Assembly (NCBI GenBank): GCA_028023455.1
Contig: JAQFVV010000006.1
Span: forward strand, 248,001-312,000
Source of the DNA: Epiperipatus broadwayi
Lineage: Eukaryota; Animalia; Onychophora
Length of the DNA: 64,000 bases
Direction of reading: 5' to 3'
Shown here: positions 26,257 to 38,714 of the stretch, piece after piece
How the letters are laid out: every line of letters starts with the position of its first letter
How positions within the stretch are numbered: position 1 is the stretch's first letter
Notes under the pieces: generated by a model
Database searches by the model: none
The model's input: only the letters and a program-made list of their open reading frames with translations
Told to the model about the DNA's origin: nothing
Made by a program: the position numbers and the translations under genes

Positions 26257-26616
26257 TTAAATTATTTGTTTTAAAGCCATTGCTTGCTAGGTTGAGAAAT
26301 AGTTAATTTCTGTTTATAGGCAGATTACTATTATAATACTGCCATGAGTATAGATTTATTGATTATAAATTTAATGTTATTCAAGAACGCTATTGCTTAA
26401 ATTCCAGTTAAGATATTTTAAATAATAATGACCGTTATTTTTTATGTTATAATCATTTATACGTAGTGCCTTGAGCATTATAGTTTAAATAATGCTTATT
26501 GATTCCAAATGCATGTGGGACTCGTTTAATGAAGGGAAATGTAATCGTATGTCATTAAGACATTCATCTAATTTTAGATTTCAGTTATATAATTTGGTTT
26601 AGTATACAAGTCATGC

Positions 26617-27245
26617 TGTTACGCCCGATTAAAATTTTATATTTAGGCTATTAGTTATTTTGACGTAGCATTGCCAGCATAGGTCAGCCAACGTCATTAA
26701 TTGCTTTATCATAACTTGAGATCATCGGGAAACTCCGAATCCTCCATTTCTCTTTCGTATACGTTTTAGCTGGCATTGGAAGTGCCCTAGGACACCTTCG
26801 GAAAGAGTAGTGGAAGCTCTGCATTGATACCCTATGCGGACAATTGCATCTCTCTATCTTCCTTTTTCTCCAGATATGGCCCGCCAGAAGAACGGGCGTA
26901 CCATTTCTTTATTCCCATTTAAATGATAAAGCATTTACTCGGCCAAAATGGACCAAATCTTATATCTTGCTGCCTCATGCTCGCACCACCATTCATTATA
27001 GTATTGTAGAATCATACCTAAGCCATAACGCTGTGATATAACTAAACTATTTTGTTATTTATTATTGTATTTATATATAGAATGTCACGAAAAGCTTGCA
27101 TTAAGCTATTTCCCTTAGATGAGCGACTCCCACATGTGTAAATAAATTTTCCTTATTTTATTTTAATTCAAGAATTAAAATATAACGTTTGTTATATTGA
27201 AATTTGTTTTATAATTTTGATGTTTAATATTTAATAAATATAACA
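26617..27245 (+). mobile_element. Candidate solo LTR
   Basis: TGTTAC...TAACA termini, AATAAA near the 3' end and a GC-richer body. Flanks catgc/gatgt are only a partial TSD. Confidence 0.4.
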
Positions 27246-27831
27246 GATGTCAGAGACCAATTTACCTGGCATCATAGTTACATACATGTAATTTTCTTGT
27301 GTGATCGAAGTGGCATCGATCAGTTTGCAAATACATGATATTAATTTATACAAACATTAAAGTGTCTCGTTGTAAATTCCTTTATCTAGGTCATTATTTA
27401 AACATCTGTTAAAATAGCGTTTTTGTTCTTAAACTCATTATGTAACTTTTTTTTAAACATTGGCATATAAATAAACCGCATTATATATGTATTAGCGTGA
27501 CATCCCATAATGATCACAGATGTAAGCATAATGAAACTATTCTAGTGTGAACTGTATAAGTAAGGTATGTTTAGAATAAATTGTTTTTATAATATTAAAT
27601 TAAAGTATCTTTTAATCCTATCCAGAGTTCAAATCTTTATTTTGGTTAGTTTTTAAATATAAAAAGGTTTTATATAATTATATATTATTTTAATTCCTAT
27701 ATCTCATTTGGGGATTCATCCTCAACAGTCCTAATTAGTCTCACGTCTCTTACCGTTGTCTACATCCGGTACAATATATATAAATACATACCCACACAAA
27801 CAAAATGTCAGATAATAGTTAAATTACTTAC

Positions 27832-27932
27832 ATCTAGACAAACCATTAACAGAGGCATATGTGCTAATAATAGCTTATGACCATGTGAGGAATTGATCTT
27901 CTCAGTAAGTCTGATACATAAACTGTCTGCAC
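27832..27932 (-). CDS. PI4KA: PI4KA exon: (G)ADSLCIRLTEKINSSHGHKLLLAHMPLLMVCLD
   Basis: ttag acceptor, gtaagt donor, 101 nt phase 1->0. Matches the AENLCIKLSEK...AHLPLLICCL motif. Confidence 0.95.
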
Positions 27933-28082
27933 CTAAGTTAAATAATTTATTTTAAATGTTAATAATGAACACAACCTATAAAAGTCACATTCTGAATAAT
28001 TAAATTTTTAAATTATTACTAATGTGCATAAAATTATTATATATAGAATATATATGCAGGTTTTCTGCATATATATACACAT

Positions 28083-28300
28083 ATGAATTCATAATCTTAT
28101 TTACGGGAGCTCCGTGTAATAAAAATATAATAGCAAACGTTTCAGTACTATAACAAGTACTTTCCTCACAGCTTCTTCTTTCTCAAATTATAAGAAAGAA
28201 GCTCTGAGGAAAGTACTTGTTATTATATTGACATGACAGCGATTTAGCTTATTATATTTTTATTACACGGAAGCTCCCGGAAATAATACTATGAATTCAT
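28083..28300. mobile_element. Inverted repeat with split/degenerate HHR
   Basis: Minus copy (G)UGAGGA A AGUACU uguuau AGUACU GAAACGUUU at 28131-28172. The plus copy keeps CUGAGGA at ~28204. Confidence 0.6.
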
Positions 28301-28783
28301 CAGTTATCCATGAGAAAATTAGAAGTAATATATATAAAATAATCGAATAGTGCTGTAAAAATATAATTAAATGGAGCAATACTAAATCTTCATTTGCCAT
28401 CCAAAGGATTGGCTAAACATTTTATTACAATCTAATAAAAAATGACTAATCTCAGCAGATATGTGTTTTAAGCTCAACCCAAATCGGGTAACCTATAGCA
28501 ATAGTACGCTTTGATGAACTGCTGATCATTTCTGAAGCATGTTGATGAGGGTGAAGACCAAACATGGCCATGCTGAAAATGATCTATTTTTTAGCAGTAG
28601 GCAGCAATATATGTTGATAAAGAATTGAATGTTTTTAGGCATGTGATGAGGAAGAGTCCCACACTAATGTTTAATTGAGATTAGTTAATTTTTTAGCAAC
28701 CGGTAGCATGTAAAAAGTTTTAAAAATCCTCTAGGGAAAGCATAAAGACTTAATATTGCTTTATATATATATAAAATTAGAGG

Positions 28784-29266
28784 GTATTTGAACCCAGTCT
28801 TTCAAGCTTCCTTCAGTCATCCATTCCATTTTATGCACTGATACACATGACTACATACATGTGAGAAAGATAAATGATCTCCAATATGTGTATTTCATGC
28901 TGAACCAGCATTCATCAGTTGGGTCGGATCAGCATCTACCACACATATATACAATCAGTGCACATTTATATTATGATAGCAAATCTTCAAACTTTAATGG
29001 ACAGGCTTCAATCTTCTCCATCCTCCAACTCTTCAACCATCCATATCATTGAAAATCTGAGATTATTTGCTATCTTAATATAAACTGGCACTGATTGTAT
29101 ACATGTGTAACAGATGATGATCTGGACCAACTGAAGAGTATGTGTTCAGCACAAAATATGTATATTGGAGATCATTCATCTTTCTCACATATACATAGTC
29201 ATGTGTATCAGTTGTATAAGATGGAGTGGTGGACCGAAAGGAGCTTCAAAGTCTGGGTTCAAATAC
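28784..29266. mobile_element. Family E HHR element, inverted pair
   Basis: Arms ~28784-28990 and ~29063-29266. A third copy lies at 62240-62445. Confidence 0.8.
28876..28930 (-). ncRNA. Type I hammerhead (family E), core intact
   Basis: GAUC cgac CCAA CUGAUGA AUGCUG guu CAGCAU GAAA U acac AU A UUGG a GAUC: 6-bp stem II, AUA site, bulged stem I. Confidence 0.75.
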
Positions 29267-30659
29267 ATTCTTATTATATCTAGCTTAAGTATATATACTA
29301 CATTTGTATTTAACATATTATCTATACATATATGAACAATGACTCATTAATAGAAGTTCTTCTTAATCCACCTTCAACCAGCTCAACAATGCTTATTCTT
29401 TTAAAGTGTTCTGATTGGTAATATCTGAAAGAAGACCTTTTAAAAATTAGCAATATGATGACTAGTAATAAAAATTTTCCATTATTTATTTACCACCCTT
29501 TTAGTATATAAAAAAATAACAATATATATATATCATGATTATTTTAAAATCAACTGATATGATAAATAAGTTTGAAAGTATCTCATTTTTTGTTAGTTTA
29601 CTGAAAGGATCAATCCCTCCCCACCAAAAAATCTCTTTTCCATTGTCGAATGTATGAAAGCTAGCTTTAAATCAATAATCCTTTTTTTAAAAAAGTTTAC
29701 AAGAGTTTCAATTTTCATGTCAATAATATAGCTGTCAAATCATGTTGTCTTAGTCACAAATAGGTTTAGAATTGTCTTTCAAACAGTCGATGCTTAGCAG
29801 ATCCAGATAGTCTTTCACTAATGGTTGGTAAATGGGTATCCAGCTGTTATTACTTAATGAATAAAGACTCCAAGTTATTCTGAATTGATCAGAAAATATT
29901 GTAAAATAAAAATATGAAAAAAATACGATGCAATCTCCATCACTGGAAGAGGTGGGGGATCATATGTCTACAGGAGTTGAGCCTAAAATTTTCATTTATT
30001 AATTGATAAAATTCATATTGGTTTTTCTTTTCAAATATTCATTCTTTTCAAAAGCATTAATATTAGATGATAGTTATAAAAATCAAAGCAAAATATTTAT
30101 AAGGCTATATATACCATTTTATGTGATGAAAAGATAGGATAATAGAGAGCGAAATAAGACGAGAACATCATTTATTGTTTCTTTAATATTTATGCAGAAA
30201 AGATGATGGTATTTAGAAAGTGATGTAATTAATATTTTAGAAAGCTTTCAGTTTGTTAGATTACTGATAATACAGTAGTACAGTGGGAGGACAATTTAAC
30301 AATACAGTATACAAGATTGATAACGTTGATAACAAAACGGGAATGAAAGCAAATGCAAATAAAAACTACAGTTAGATATTAAAGCTAAAAAAATACTATA
30401 CAGGATTGATTAATGCATTTAGAAATCAAGTACATGGTAATGAAAAAAGAGAAAAAACGATTGCGAGGTTTGAAAATATGAGATTAATATAGCCTCTAGA
30501 ACGATATATAAATTAGGGAGGTAAACTTTAATAATGTTACTGTAGTGATAACGGAATGTTTGCCAACTGAGGAGATCATGTGATATTTGAGCTCAAGCAT
30601 CAGATCGAGTTTGAGTCCAATACTTTACCACTTTGCTAAACAATATAAAAGAATATAAA

Positions 30660-30857
30660 TTGATGAGCTTCAATCAAGAGATCTTTAGTTTGAGTCTGTC
30701 ATCTTGATTGGTGCATTACACTGCTCAAAACATTCATATCAATAATAGTTAGATACGTTGATGAGCTTCAATCAAGAGATCTTTAGTTTGAGTCTGTCAT
30801 CTTGATTGGTGCATTACACTGCTCAAAACATTCATATCAATAATAGTTAGATACGTT
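30660..30857. repeat. Perfect tandem duplication, 2 x 98 bp
   Basis: ttgatgagcttcaatc...gttagatacg repeated at 30660 and 30758. Confidence 0.95.
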
Positions 30858-31899
30858 AATAAGCAGAACAAAAAATAAATAGACTTGAAAATAAAGAGAT
30901 GAACTGGATTTTAGAATCTATTTTTACACAGATGACAAATAATAATAATAATCAGGATAATAATAATAATTTTAATGGTTGCTTCAGAGGTCAGGTGATG
31001 TCTCAAGTACCAATACTTGTCACTTTAACTTCAAAATCTTTAGCTTTCCAGTATGTTATTCAACAGTAGCAAAATCGAAACATAATTAAATAGTTATGGC
31101 TCATGTCGAATAACAATTGAGCATCAAAATGACTGGTGTATTTTTAATTTAGAAACTTTTAACTCTTAAATCTGTTCCAATTCACTGCACTAAATCACAC
31201 AGGGTGAAATTGGTTAATTTCTCATGAGTTCACATAATATTGCACTACCAAAAACGACTAGGCAAACTTTGATTCAGGAAACTAATCTTCAAGATCATTA
31301 TGTTAAATTATACAAAACAATAATTGTATTCATTATAAAAAGTTGATATTGTAAAAAAAATATATGCGAACTTGCTAACATTTAAATTATTTTAGCATGA
31401 CTATTATAATGAAATTATTTAAATTTCCTAAATAATAACAAAAAGTGAAAAAGAAAAGACAAATAACAATTGTAAAATTGGAAAGAGGAAGTTAAACTCG
31501 GACTGAAAAAACAGTAATGAAGATATAACAATAGGCTAGCCCTTCAAATGTGCTTTCCATTTCCTGATACAAATGCTTTGAATACTATTCCTTCTATGAT
31601 TATCACAAGAAAAATTCAACAATCTCAGATTCAAGAACTGACAGGGAAATTAATTATAATCGCATAAAATTGGAAAATATTTCTTTTTACGAATTCATAA
31701 ACATTCTCGATTAAGCATGGGTAAGGATATCCATTCACAGGATAGACAATTTATTATATATAAAAAGATAAATATGAATAATAAATATATGGCTGGTTTC
31801 TCTAGAGGTCATGTGACATTTGCATGCATAAGTGGCGTATTGAGCACAACAGTTCCACTCAATTCATCAAAATTTTTATACACATGCTTCAATCAGCTG

Positions 31900-31965
31900 A
31901 GAATTGATCCAGGAACTTTTAGCTCTTAAACCTGCCACTCTGCCTTTGAGCTAAAATAGCACAGG
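31900..31965 (-). mobile_element. tRNA-derived SINE head (degenerate)
   Basis: A-box-like TAGCTCAAAGGCAGAG and B-box-like GGATCAATTC. No intact cloverleaf. Confidence 0.45.
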
Positions 31966-32005
31966 GCGATAAACAACAATATACGATAAAACTGTTAATA
32001 AATAC

Positions 32006-32215
32006 CTGACTCGTCTCGGATAGCCCAATTTAATAAATCAACGCATCCCGCATTGGCAAGAACATTCAATTTGAATCGATTGATGGCTGCATAATTAGTT
32101 TCTTTATCTTCCCTCTCGCTTGCATCGTGATGCTTACTTTGAAGTTCCGTCTGACCAGCAAAAAATAGTTCTTTAGTAAATTCTTGAACTTCTTTGACAA
32201 AAGAAACCGGCAAGT
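32006..32215 (-). CDS. PI4KA: PI4KA exon: (D)[12 protein letters not shown]...[20 protein letters not shown]
   Basis: tag acceptor, gtattt donor, 210 nt phase 1->1. Within ORF 31995..32246. Matches the DLPTSFVKEI and ANAACVDLMVWAVKDE motifs. Confidence 0.96.
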
Positions 32216-32694
32216 CTAGTATTAAATAATAAAAAAAAAAGGTCATTTAAAAGAAATTGTTGTAAACTATAAATATGAATTTGCGCCTGAAATCTAATAA
32301 TGTTAACTAATTTGGTAACGAGTGTCCATTAATAATTTCTCATTTATAAAGTAATTTTTACACGAGTATATATAACAAGTTCTTTTCAGATGCTACATTA
32401 AGACAATTTACTTTTTTTCTTATAATAGTCATGCATTACAAAATGTTGAATATATCGAAAGAATACAAAAAACAACAACATAAATACACACATAATCCAT
32501 TTTAACTGCAGCAACAGTATCAGGGACAATAATTCTACTAGCAAAATAATCATATGGAGCTATTGTACGGAGAAAGCAGCTAATAGTATTGTGATAGAAT
32601 ATCATCAGGTTCTGGAGAGTAAGATGTTTGAAAGATTCCAGCTTTGGTATCCCAGCATGCAAAATTCATATGCAAGTCCAGAGCAGTAAAATCA

Positions 32695-34270
32695 TTCGAT
32701 TTGTTATGTGATGCACTATGGTTTCTCCTTTTTTGGAGTCAGGAATCTCTCAGCCACTATGCCCAGAGAAAAGTAATAGTCACCTTCCCTTCCATTTCCC
32801 TAACCTAAATTTTTCCCACATTCGTCTCTATCCTGCTCCAACCCATTTCCACAACATTATCTTTGTCAACTCCATGGCTTTTATATCTATATCCCCCTTA
32901 TCTTTTCCCAAACCCAGCATAAAAACCCAAGAACCCACTTTCTGTATAACAACTTTGTTTACATTTATTCTCCCACAACTTCATTATTTGTGCCTTTTCT
33001 GCTTGTAGGCATTTACATTCAATTAACAGATGCCTTCCTTACACAACTTGCAGACTAAATCATCCACATTTTTCCATTTGTGTGTATATTTCCTTTTTGC
33101 TAACGGTCCTGTTTGAGCTTAAACAGTAAACTACTTTTCTTGTTATTATCATAAATTAACTGGCACCCAATATTCTGCTTACTTCTATATATATTTAAAC
33201 TCTTTACTCTCCACACTAGTTCTCCATCTTTCCAACTTCCTATTTTTTATTAATGCATCTATTTTTCTATTCCATTCATTGCCACTATAGCACTCCCCAA
33301 TTCTCCTAACACAATCATTCCACCTTTTGTATAAGTATACTGATATAAAGTCTTTATCCTAATCTTCTGCAAACAATACAACCTTTCTCACCCATCTTGT
33401 TGCCTGTCCTTAACTCTAACTCAATTAAACACTATTTTGGCTATTCTTTTATTATCTATAAATTGCAATCTATGAACATTTTCATTTTGCTTTTTACATC
33501 TCTCATGTAAAAACTTGACCATTCCATTTCTCCTTGAACTGCCTCCTTTGCCATCCACACATCTGTATCTAATGCATGTCTTCATACTTCTCTTTGTATT
33601 TTTTCTAAGTAATCTTACATCCCTTTACTTACACATAACACATCATTACCATATGTTAAACCTATTATTGCCACTCCCTTCCATACAGTTCTAGCTATAT
33701 CATATTTATTATATGAAAACACTGTTAATTTCTTTAACAGTCCTTTTCTTTTCTTCCATTCATCCAAGCAATTTCTCTGATTACTTAAAATGATTCCCAA
33801 ATAGTTATACCTACTCACCACACTTAACTTTATATCCCCCAATAAAAATTCTTTCTCTTCTCTTTCCCCAGCATTTATCATTATTACTTTTGATTTTTCT
33901 TCATTAAATTTAACCCCCATCTCTTTACCCACCCTTGCACATCTCCTCAGCATAACTTCCATATCATCCCTTCTTTCTGTGCACAAGAAGATATCATCTG
34001 CAAATAAAAGACCAGATATTGTATATAGTCCCTTGCTACCTATTAATGGTATCTCTTCTTAGTCTTTCTATTGCTCTTTCTCCATTTCTTTCAAATATAA
34101 CAAAAGCAAAATATTTAACATAGGATATCCTTGCCTTAGTTCTACCCCATTTTTAACTTTAACTGATTTTATATTCCCTAATTGATATGTATAATAATTA
34201 TTTTCATGCAATCTCTTAATATACAATTTTCTTCTTCTTACCCCTTTCTTTATGTATTGATTTCAATATT
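32695..34270 (-). mobile_element. Family C LINE fragment with RT C-half and zinc knuckle
   Basis: LRQGYP, LFADD and YNYLGIIL (ORF 33615..33986). The 3' end matches the other family C copies. Confidence 0.85.
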
Positions 34271-34369
34271 TACTTATGATACCATTTCCAACTTTCTTAT
34301 ACACTTAAGAATACTATTATTTCATTCATATAATTTACCGTTCTAATATAATTATAAAAGAAATAAAAC

Positions 34370-34466
34370 CTTTTTGATTGTGGAGAATTTCCCTCAGAAG
34401 ATTTATAAGTACTAGCTGCAGTGTTTCGCTGAAAGATTTGTAAGGAAATATTTTAAGTTGACCGCT
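34370..34466 (-). CDS. PI4KA: PI4KA exon: [32 protein letters not shown]
   Basis: ttctag acceptor, gtttta donor, 97 nt phase 0->1. [10 protein letters not shown] motif. Confidence 0.93.
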
Positions 34467-34574
34467 CTAGAAAAAAGAAAAAGCATTTACAATTATCACT
34501 CAAACTTAGATAAATTACCTTGTCAATGTAATTAAATTAAATTTAGTTTATTTAAAAAAAAATAAATAAATTAC

Positions 34575-34640
34575 CACATAAACATCTAAAGTCTGATCAT
34601 CTAAAAATTTCAGAACGTCTTTATTCAATAATTTTTTAGC
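34575..34640 (-). CDS. PI4KA: PI4KA exon: AKKLLNKDVLKFLDDQTLDVYV
   Basis: tttttcag acceptor, gtaatt donor, 66 nt phase 0->0. Confidence 0.9.
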
Positions 34641-34854
34641 CTGAAAAATACACAAATTTTCAAAATTAAAAATAATATTAATAAATAATGCACTTTGATA
34701 AAAGAAACTAATTTAATTACAAATAAAGTTTAAAAAAATAATTCGGAAAATTAAAAAAAAATATATAGCAAAAAAACAATATTTTAATTTAAAAAAAAAA
34801 AAACCGCATAAAGTTTTGTTGCTCGAGAGTTCATAAGAAGTTTGAGCGTCAGAA

Positions 34855-34930
34855 ATGCGAGTGGTAAAATCGATCCTGGGATCTCTGACCGCAAGTAGGA
34901 TGCTCTATCAACTACGCCAAACCACCCAGG
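34855..34930 (-). mobile_element. tRNA-derived SINE head
   Basis: TGGCGTAGTTGATAGAGC A-box-like and GGATCGATT B-box-like. Acceptor stem not closed. Confidence 0.5.
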
Positions 34931-35109
34931 GTAATATTTTAATAAATATGTTCTATAAACTATAAATAGTGTGTCTAGAATATCAGATTCTGTATGCGGA
35001 TATATTTGTGGTTCACGGATTGACCTATAGAGTCATCACAAAACTCATTTCTAGAGCTTTTTTCTTCTTGGAGTTAGAAAAGTTATACTTGCTTACAAGT
35101 GTGTTAAAC

Positions 35110-35830
35110 GTGTAAACATCACATGATCATCATTTCCTGTGCTTACATAAACTGTTAAAACAATGACAAACTCTACTTACAATAGTGACAACCAGTATAA
35201 GCCATAGTGATCAATAGATGCAAGATTTTTGCATAAAATTCCTATCTAGTGCCTCCTTGTCCAATATCCCCAGATTAATTTCTAGCTTGTGGTTTAGACT
35301 AGGGATATTGGACAATTTGCACAAACCTTCTTGCATGCATTGATTATTAAGGTTTGCACTGGATGGCACTACTGTATGGAGAGTTTGATACTGTATAAAA
35401 AATTTGTATACGCAAAGGAAATGGTGATCACATGATGTTTCTATACCAATTCTGCCCGTAGAATAATGGTGATTGTGGTTTTTAAATTAAAAAAACACAG
35501 TCCCTAAAATGTATAGATACTGAACTAGGTTTAGCTCTATATGACTACACAAGTGGATGACCATGGATTAAAACTATTATTATGTTCACATCTTGGGAAC
35601 ATAGCTTTATGGTGAACTAAATAAATAAAAGATGGCTGCTGGAGGATTGCATTAGATCCTAAGATCTAGGTGCAGTATTCTCAGATCCAAGGCTCCTCAA
35701 TGATGAAAGTGACAAGCTAGAAACTAGTCTGGTGACATTGCATGAGTAGGCATTAGATAGGGATTTTATACCTAAACCTTCTTGCATCTATTGTTTATCA
35801 TGGTTTGCACTAGGTGGCACTACGGTATTT
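35110..35830. mobile_element. Family A: minus partial copy plus a head-to-tail plus array defining a ~451-nt monomer
   Basis: ggcactac at 35365 and 35816. The tail gtgatcacatgatgttt runs directly into tataccaat. This HHR has C3A. Confidence 0.85.
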
Positions 35831-37596
35831 GTCACTGTTGCTTACAAGTAGCTAAAGTGTGTACTTGTAAATAAAAACAAACAGACTTTAACACATTTCA
35901 GTAAAAATACGTTGAAATGGTTAATCATCATACAAAGTATTATAAACAACCAATCCTCTCACGTTACACCGAAATTTGGCTGCATATACACTTGTGACGT
36001 GTACTAGAGATTTGAATTCCTGACAGTCATGCAAGCAATTAAAACTTAAGAGTGATTTATTTATTTCCAGGGTGTAGTAAAGAAGTCATGAGTTGCAAGA
36101 ACGTTTTTAAGTGTTTTGCACGATATTACGATGGTAGGAAGAGCATTGACAATGAGTGATAAGGTACAAAATGCCAATGTCACAATCCATATCGTAACTT
36201 TTGATCCAGGCTTGTTATATTTTAGTTTTATAACAAATAGCTAAATTATTTTATTACATGTTGATTTAGAGGTGGCGCTGCAGATGTTCGTAAAGACAAT
36301 CAGTTAATTTTTCCACTAGGACCCATTTTCTAAAACTTAATGAGACGATATATATACCCTGACTTTAAATTTCCTCTAATGTACAAAATGAATGGTTTAA
36401 GATATTTTTTAATTAGGAATGATAAATTACGTAAATGTACAAGTGATAAAAATGAAAATACTAGACATTATGCACAGGAAATGGTATCACAAGATATGAT
36501 ATCGGATTAGAATAGGATAAAATAATGGCAAATAAAGTAATAAAAAAAATGGATTAATGCAAAACATAATAATAAAGTAATGAAGGATTATTATTAATCA
36601 TTTACTAAACTAGAGATTATCTCTAGTCCAGATATAAACTTTAAATATCAGTAAGAGATTAACATATCTGATTTTTTTTTTAAAGAATTAAACCCACATA
36701 CACGTATGAGTTTTTCACATTTCTCTTTGCCATGTGTAATATCTTTATAATTTATATATATAAACATTCTGAACATTTAACTAAGAAAATGTAATACCAT
36801 TTTATTATAGTTATAATTTGCTGAGAATGCTATTTTGTGGCAGGAAGCAATACAACATTTAAATAAAGTGCACATTACGTAAATGTCCTATTTACATATT
36901 CCATTTCTTTGGTAAGGGAACATTGTATTCCTTTTGTTCATAGCATGACCTCCATACAACCATACATATGTTTTTTTATTTCTTTATATAACTAGAAATA
37001 ATTTAGCCCATGAAAGATTGGTGCACTCGAGAGTTATAGATTCCTAGACCAAAACTCAACCTTTTATTACGAATACTTGAATGTTAAATGATCAATACAC
37101 ATAGATATATAATAAATAAATAACCTTACTTCAGCATTTGCTTTATAAATATTAGTATTATTTCATTCAGTGTCTTTATAAAGAAATTTTTTGTTCTTAA
37201 ATGTTTTGAAATTATATATATATATATATAATAAAATAGTTACTCCAATGTCACTTATCTTTCAAGAATCTAATCACTTCCTTTCTTTTTTTAAAAATTC
37301 CAAAAAATCCACTGAAAAAATTATTCCACTATAAAGCCATATGCTGAAACAATATTATTCATATGATCCAAGTAATGAAGTAGTCATAAAAGTTCCTATC
37401 TTCATCCTACTCTAGAGCCTTCTACTGGAAGCTTAAGAAATCAATGGACACCAGATAATATAATGCTGTATAGTACTGTTCTTAACTTTTGCCTTAGTAA
37501 ACAAAGACTTGGATTCAGAACTGTAACTAACACACTTAATACATTTAACAACTCCTTTATACTATTCAAGTTAATAGTCAGAAATTTAAAAAAAGG

Positions 37597-37755
37597 CCTA
37601 TGGTTTTAAACCCAGATTAACTCTTTTGCATAGCTGTATAGATGTGTTACCAGGTTATTTTATATATATTTTCAGAACCTTTGCTATTTAGACATGACCT
37701 GGTGCCAGATCTACATACCTGTGCAAGTGCATTAACCTGGGTTTAAAACCTTAGG
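37597..37755. mobile_element. Small MITE-like element, 159 bp
   Basis: 24-bp TIR cctatggttttaaacccagattaa / ttaacctgggtttaaaaccttagg. No clear TSD. Confidence 0.55.
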
Positions 37756-37844
37756 GTTCATTCTAAAATTCAGCTTATTAATTTGAATAATATACAGGTG
37801 TCTACCAGACACATAAACATATTAATTTGGCTTTGAATTATAGA

Positions 37845-37883
37845 CTTCACTGATAAAGATAAAATCCAGAAATCTATATGGAG
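37845..37883 (+). ncRNA. Degenerate hammerhead with A..A flanking stem II
   Basis: CUUCA CUGAUAA AGAUAAAAUCCA GAAA UCUAU A UGGAG: stem I CUUCA/UGGAG intact, G8A, stem II damaged. Confidence 0.4.
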
Positions 37884-38433
37884 ATAAGGACTTTATAACG
37901 CTATATCATTAGGTGACCATTGATTAATCGAGCTTACAAAAAATGGCTCTAGATAATAGGATAAAGACAACTATTCTTAAAAGCATATAAGTAAGTATAT
38001 GAAAGAGTCATTTAATTTTGATGCTATTAAATTTCCTAGCCAAAAGATAAAAAGGGTTTACATTGAAGTGAGATCTCTAAAGAATACAAAAATTGACCTC
38101 ATATCAGATTTACATAATGATGCCAGTGAGTTAGTCTGGATCTAAAATGTTAAGGTTATTTTTAAAATTTCATATTATTAGTTTGAATTGTACGAAGAGG
38201 TAAAATGTAACTACTGGATGCATAAGTTCATTAATTTCAGCTTTAAATCCTAATCTTCAGTAGCAAAGGTCAGAGTAAATGAGGGGGAGATGGATATTTA
38301 TTGATTAGTCATACTTACAAAAACGACTCTAGATAAAGAATGATAACAACTGCTCTTGAAAGCATATGAATACACATATGATAGGTTCATGTTTCCCTAA
38401 AAGTTTATGATGATGATATTTATATATTGGATT

Positions 38434-38686
38434 ATTTCCATCATCTAATATTAAGTATTGAATGTCTTTAGAAAAATTTAACTTTATTTAAATTTTTCAG
38501 TTACATTCAATTGTTAGCACACAGATTAGTATATGCACAATGTTTCAAGAAGTGTTATTCTCCCCTCTTCTTCAGGTGTTGCTAGTCTGACAAGTGACAG
38601 TACTAACATGGGAATTAAACCTAAACCCTTCGATTTTTGAATATTGGATATTAAGGTAATGCTTTAACTAACTAAGGTATCCTGCC
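38434..38686 (-). mobile_element. tRNA-headed SINE with HHR-like body (copy 1)
   Basis: Head GGCAGGATACCTTAGTTAGTTAAAGC...GGTTTAATTCCCA, then CUGAAGA (38569-38575), stem II and GAAAC (38542-38546). Homologous to 40446-40695. Confidence 0.7.
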
Positions 38687-38714
38687 AAGCAACAGTCTGT
38701 AGAAATTTCATATA

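Noticed and set aside
25678-26306. ORFs 25678..25998, 25749..25958 and the signal-peptide-like 26121..26306
   Set aside because: They lie in an LTR-like block, have no recognisable domain, and show AT-rich or simple-repeat composition.
30586-30625. CUGAGGA GAUC...GAUC GAG as a hammerhead
   Set aside because: It lacks GAAA and convincing stems I and III.
34855-34930. Functional tRNA gene (also 31900-31965, 40446-40525 and ~59295-59370)
   Set aside because: Only degenerate A/B boxes are present, with no closed acceptor or anticodon stems. Treated as SINE heads.
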